Shown here: positions 22,722-25,779 of the stretch, one piece after another
Layout of the letters: each line of letters begins with the position of its first letter
How positions within the stretch are numbered: the first letter of the stretch is position 1
DNA from: a virus
Taxonomy: Duplodnaviria; Caudoviricetes
IMG/VR virus record: IMGVR_UViG_3300029925_000074
Location: 1 to 25,779 of that record
Reading direction: 5' to 3' (one strand)
DNA: 25,779 bases
Made by a program: the position numbers and the translations under genes
Notes under the pieces: generated by a model
Told to the model about the DNA's origin: nothing
What the model saw: the letters and a program-made list of their open reading frames with translations, nothing else
The model's database searches: none

Positions 22722-25700
22722 TATAAAATACCTTCTGTTCTGGAAGTTCTATTACTCTGATTAGATTCTTCAATCAAGTCGTTAGATTTATTAACCGCAT
22801 CACGTCTTTCTATATGTTCGGCGGATCTTTGTTCTGATATTAATACTGTTACTTCTGTTAACTCAACAATTTTTGCTTCAAGCTTAGTTATTTGTGCCGT
22901 GAAATCATCCAAGGGGATAATCGCTTCCGGCTGGCCACCTTCACCAATTTCAGCAATCATAGGATGGGTAACGATGCCACCATCTGCAAAACTTCGTAAA
23001 AAACCCCCGCCGCCGCGACTGCCACCACCACCACCAGACCCAGGATTGCCTCGAAAAATAAATTCCTCTCTGCCAGTATTTACAACAATTTTAGATAACT
23101 CTGTAAAGTTGTCACCCGCCCACACAACTGATTCGTTAACAGCGTTAACAGTTTCAGCAGTGTTAATCCCGATAGCTTTTAAAAAACTATTGATTGCGCC
23201 ATTTGACGCGAATGCTGAAGTTAGTAATTCTATTTTTGAGATAATCCCATCTGAATTGAAATCGATGGTACTAAAATCAATATCCATGTCTGGTAGAGTA
23301 CTAAGGTCAATATCTATATTCAAACTATCGACTATGCCTTGCAATAAACTTGAATTAGCAGCTTCTAAACCCGTAACGATGCCGTTAGAGTCTAAATCTA
23401 TAGAGTTAACGGCAGATATTAAATCTTCAGTATTGATATTATTTACTGCATCAATAATTCCTTGAGCATTTATATCTGGAAAATTAATCGAATCAATACC
23501 AGTTGCTATAGATTGAAATAAACCAAACAGGCCGCCCCCCGGAAGCATAGTCTGAAGAGTTAATTCTAATGGTGAAATTCTGCCATCTGCATTTGCGTCA
23601 ACCAGTCTGATAATCTCTGCCGCTTGAGCCGGTAAGATACCGCTACTAATCAATTCCTGTAATGTTAAATTATTGTCAGAATTAGAATCTATCGTACTTA
23701 AAATGGTACCTAAATCAGAGATAGAACTAGTGTTTGCATTTCCAGCAACTAATAATCTGTATAAAGGTGAATCCGTATTCAATAAAGTATTTTGTATTTC
23801 TATCGCGCTAACAATGCCATCCTTGTTTAAATCCGATGAATCTTTGATAGCGTTGACAAATGCGCCTTTAACATCTTGAAAATTGAGTCCTAAGCCGCTC
23901 AACAAAGTATCTATGTCCGTGCCAGTTGCCAGATTCAATTCTAGTAATGACTGGACAAATAGCGCTTGATCAAACGAAGTGCGTGAAGATGATTCCTCAA
24001 TTTGTTGAGCTAAGAGTGATTCTAATCTACCCGATGTTAAAGATTCGTTAGGAACATTTGGAGCACTGGAAGAATCAAACAAACTCGATACTGAATTCAA
24101 ATCACTCAATACGCTTGATTTGATATCTTTAAACGCACTGCTGGATGCGAAAAATGTTTGAGCAGATTCTAAAAATGTGCTTGAAAACGATGCGAGATCA
24201 TTGGCTGCGTTTGCGTCTCCGGTATTTGCTCTCGCTAATAATTCCTCATATTTATTTTGGTTAAATTCGAATGCTTCAGAAGCCGATGCTCCTACTAGAA
24301 AAACGTCAGCGATAGATTCTTTTAATTTATCAGATGCCGCGATTGATTCTTCATATCGTTTCATCTCAATATCAAATAGATCGTTAGCGGCATCATGAAT
24401 CACGGTGAGACGATCTCGTTCAGTATCGATTCGGCTTTGTAAATCACCAAACAATGAACTTGATAATATACCTAAGTCGTTTTGCAATGCGGTAGTAATA
24501 ACAATAAAGTCTTCGAGTGAGCCTTGCAAACTTATCATTGACTGCGCAGCATCCGCGCCCGCTTTATCTAAGCTTAGGGTTTCATCTCCTAATTTCGATA
24601 GCACCTGATTAACAGCTTCCAGGGAACCCCCGGCCGCAAATGTTTCTATTGTTAATTGGTCAATATTATCTAAATAAGTTTTAAAATCATCCGAAGCATT
24701 TTCCATTGACAAAGCGGCTAACGATATTTGATCAATTACACCTATGATCTCATCACCTGACTGAATGACTGATTCAGATAGGGCGTCAAAAATTTCGTCA
24801 ACTTCACCACCAATCGTGTTAAATATCGTTTGAAATCTCTCGGTGATGAAATCAGTTGTATTTAATTCTTCACTGATAGTGCTTTTTTGTTTCTCGACTG
24901 CGGTTTTAATTTTACCTATTTGTGTTTCTGTTAGTGTTGAGGCGATGACGTCTTCAAGTTCTGCTATACCTTCGAAAAAATCACCAAAACTTTTGATGGC
25001 TCTATCGGATGCGCCTCTAAAGGTGTCATGTTGTGAAAGTGCTCTAATTCCGCCAAATTGTGATTCTGTTACAACGTTAAAATCATCACTGCTATGTTCG
25101 TTAAGGCTTTTCGGTAATAGATCAGTCGTTTCAACCGTTATTTTAGGATCGTGCACCCCGCCGCCAAACAATACATCAACAAAGCTCCCTATCGTCGCGC
25201 CGATGAAAGATCCTATTGGCCCTGCAAATGATCCGGCTAATGTTCCTATTGTTTGCCCAATGGCGCTATTTGCTTGTTTTCCTGTGAGATTTTCACCAAC
25301 AGCGTTGCCTAATTTACCGCCAGCGTATGACGCCCCTATTGTAGCGGCAAAGTTAACCGGGTCAAAACTAAAACCACCACTTGGATCAATCGTACTACCC
25401 TTAATCGCGTCGATCGATGCAGTGCCACCACCAGGCAACGTCGAAATCAAAGTGTCGTTAGCGATGCCTGCGAGCGCTACGTCAGCCGTTCGATTAAATA
25501 CGCCGGATATTCCAAAATTCGCCAGGGTAGCACTGGTAAAACCACCCACGCCACTTGCTGCTAATTTGGATAACCCTATTTTCGATAACCCGGCAGAAGC
25601 CAGGGCGCTAACGCCGCCTAAAAGGCCACCACCCCCGGCGCCACCACCTGCCGCACTCAGTGCACCAGTGACACCACCAGACGCCCCCAATCCAAGCTGA

Positions 25701-25777
25701 ATAAGAATGGGGTTGGTGATAGATTGATGCGCTAGTTCAGCAAGTAATTTTTTGAAAGAACCTAAAATGCTATCCGT
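22721..25777 (-). CDS. tail tape measure protein, C-terminal part (5' end beyond window)
   Basis: Frame stays open past the ORF-track start to the window edge (SFKKLLAELAHQSITNPIL); Gly/Ala-rich stretches; C-terminal FADGGIV...IGEGGQPEAIIPL motif typical of tape measures. Confidence 0.88.
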   Translation of the reverse strand, partial: TDSILGSFKKLLAELAHQSITNPILIQLGLGASGGVTGALSAAGGGAGGGGLLGGVSALASAGLSKIGLSKLAASGVGGFTSATLANFGISGVFNRTADVALAGIANDTLISTLPGGGTASIDAIKGSTIDPSGGFSFDPVNFAATIGASYAGGKLGNAVGENLTGKQANSAIGQTIGTLAGSFAGPIGSFIGATIGSFVDVLFGGGVHDPKITVETTDLLPKSLNEHSSDDFNVVTESQFGGIRALSQHDTFRGASDRAIKSFGDFFEGIAELEDVIASTLTETQIGKIKTAVEKQKSTISEELNTTDFITERFQTIFNTIGGEVDEIFDALSESVIQSGDEIIGVIDQISLAALSMENASDDFKTYLDNIDQLTIETFAAGGSLEAVNQVLSKLGDETLSLDKAGADAAQSMISLQGSLEDFIVITTALQNDLGILSSSLFGDLQSRIDTERDRLTVIHDAANDLFDIEMKRYEESIAASDKLKESIADVFLVGASASEAFEFNQNKYEELLARANTGDANAANDLASFSSTFLESAQTFFASSSAFKDIKSSVLSDLNSVSSLFDSSSAPNVPNESLTSGRLESLLAQQIEESSSRTSFDQALFVQSLLELNLATGTDIDTLLSGLGLNFQDVKGAFVNAIKDSSDLNKDGIVSAIEIQNTLLNTDSPLYRLLVAGNANTSSISDLGTILSTIDSNSDNNLTLQELISSGILPAQAAEIIRLVDANADGRISPLELTLQTMLPGGGLFGLFQSIATGIDSINFPDINAQGIIDAVNNINTEDLISAVNSIDLDSNGIVTGLEAANSSLLQGIVDSLNIDIDLSTLPDMDIDFSTIDFNSDGIISKIELLTSAFASNGAINSFLKAIGINTAETVNAVNESVVWAGDNFTELSKIVVNTGREEFIFRGNPGSGGGGGSRGGGGFLRSFADGGIVTHPMIAEIGEGGQPEAIIPLDDFTAQITKLEAKIVELTEVTVLISEQRSAEHIERRDAVNKSNDLIEESNQSNRTSRTEGIL

Positions 25778-25779
25778 GA

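Noticed and set aside
24843-25700. 285-aa + strand ORF and other + strand ORFs within 18401-24608
   Set aside because: Antisense shadows of the tape measure, tail and lysis genes; Pro/Ala bias mirrors Gly/Ala codons.
1-25779. Stop-codon reassignment or tRNA genes
   Set aside because: Genes tile densely under the standard code with all three stop codons used; no cloverleaf with a T-loop consensus was seen in the intergenic gaps.

Overview
AT-rich fragment of a tailed dsDNA phage genome with three modules. (1) A + strand replication block (1-11912): the 3' end of a RadD/YejH-like SF2 helicase, small hypotheticals, a degenerate MoxR/CobS-like AAA+ protein, a DEDDh epsilon-like exonuclease and a family C DNA polymerase (DnaE-like). 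The polymerase is fractured into two overlapping, out-of-frame ORFs by an apparently split intein whose N-half is fused to an HNH domain, and it also carries a second, contiguous HNH intein. (2) An accessory/early region (11909-18037) transcribed divergently from a 43-bp inverted pair of near-identical sigma70-like promoters. The left arm includes a KorA/TrfB-like HTH gene. The right arm is an array of genes separated by four copies of a 45-57 bp hairpin repeat, with two paralogous acidic proteins and a duplicated 52-53 aa ORF. (3) A - strand virion/lysis block (18034-25779): tape measure protein with EF-hand-like repeats, two tail proteins, an M15 peptidase endolysin and holin-like proteins. 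No tRNA, rRNA or CRISPR array was seen. All calls come from reading motifs by eye; no searches were run.
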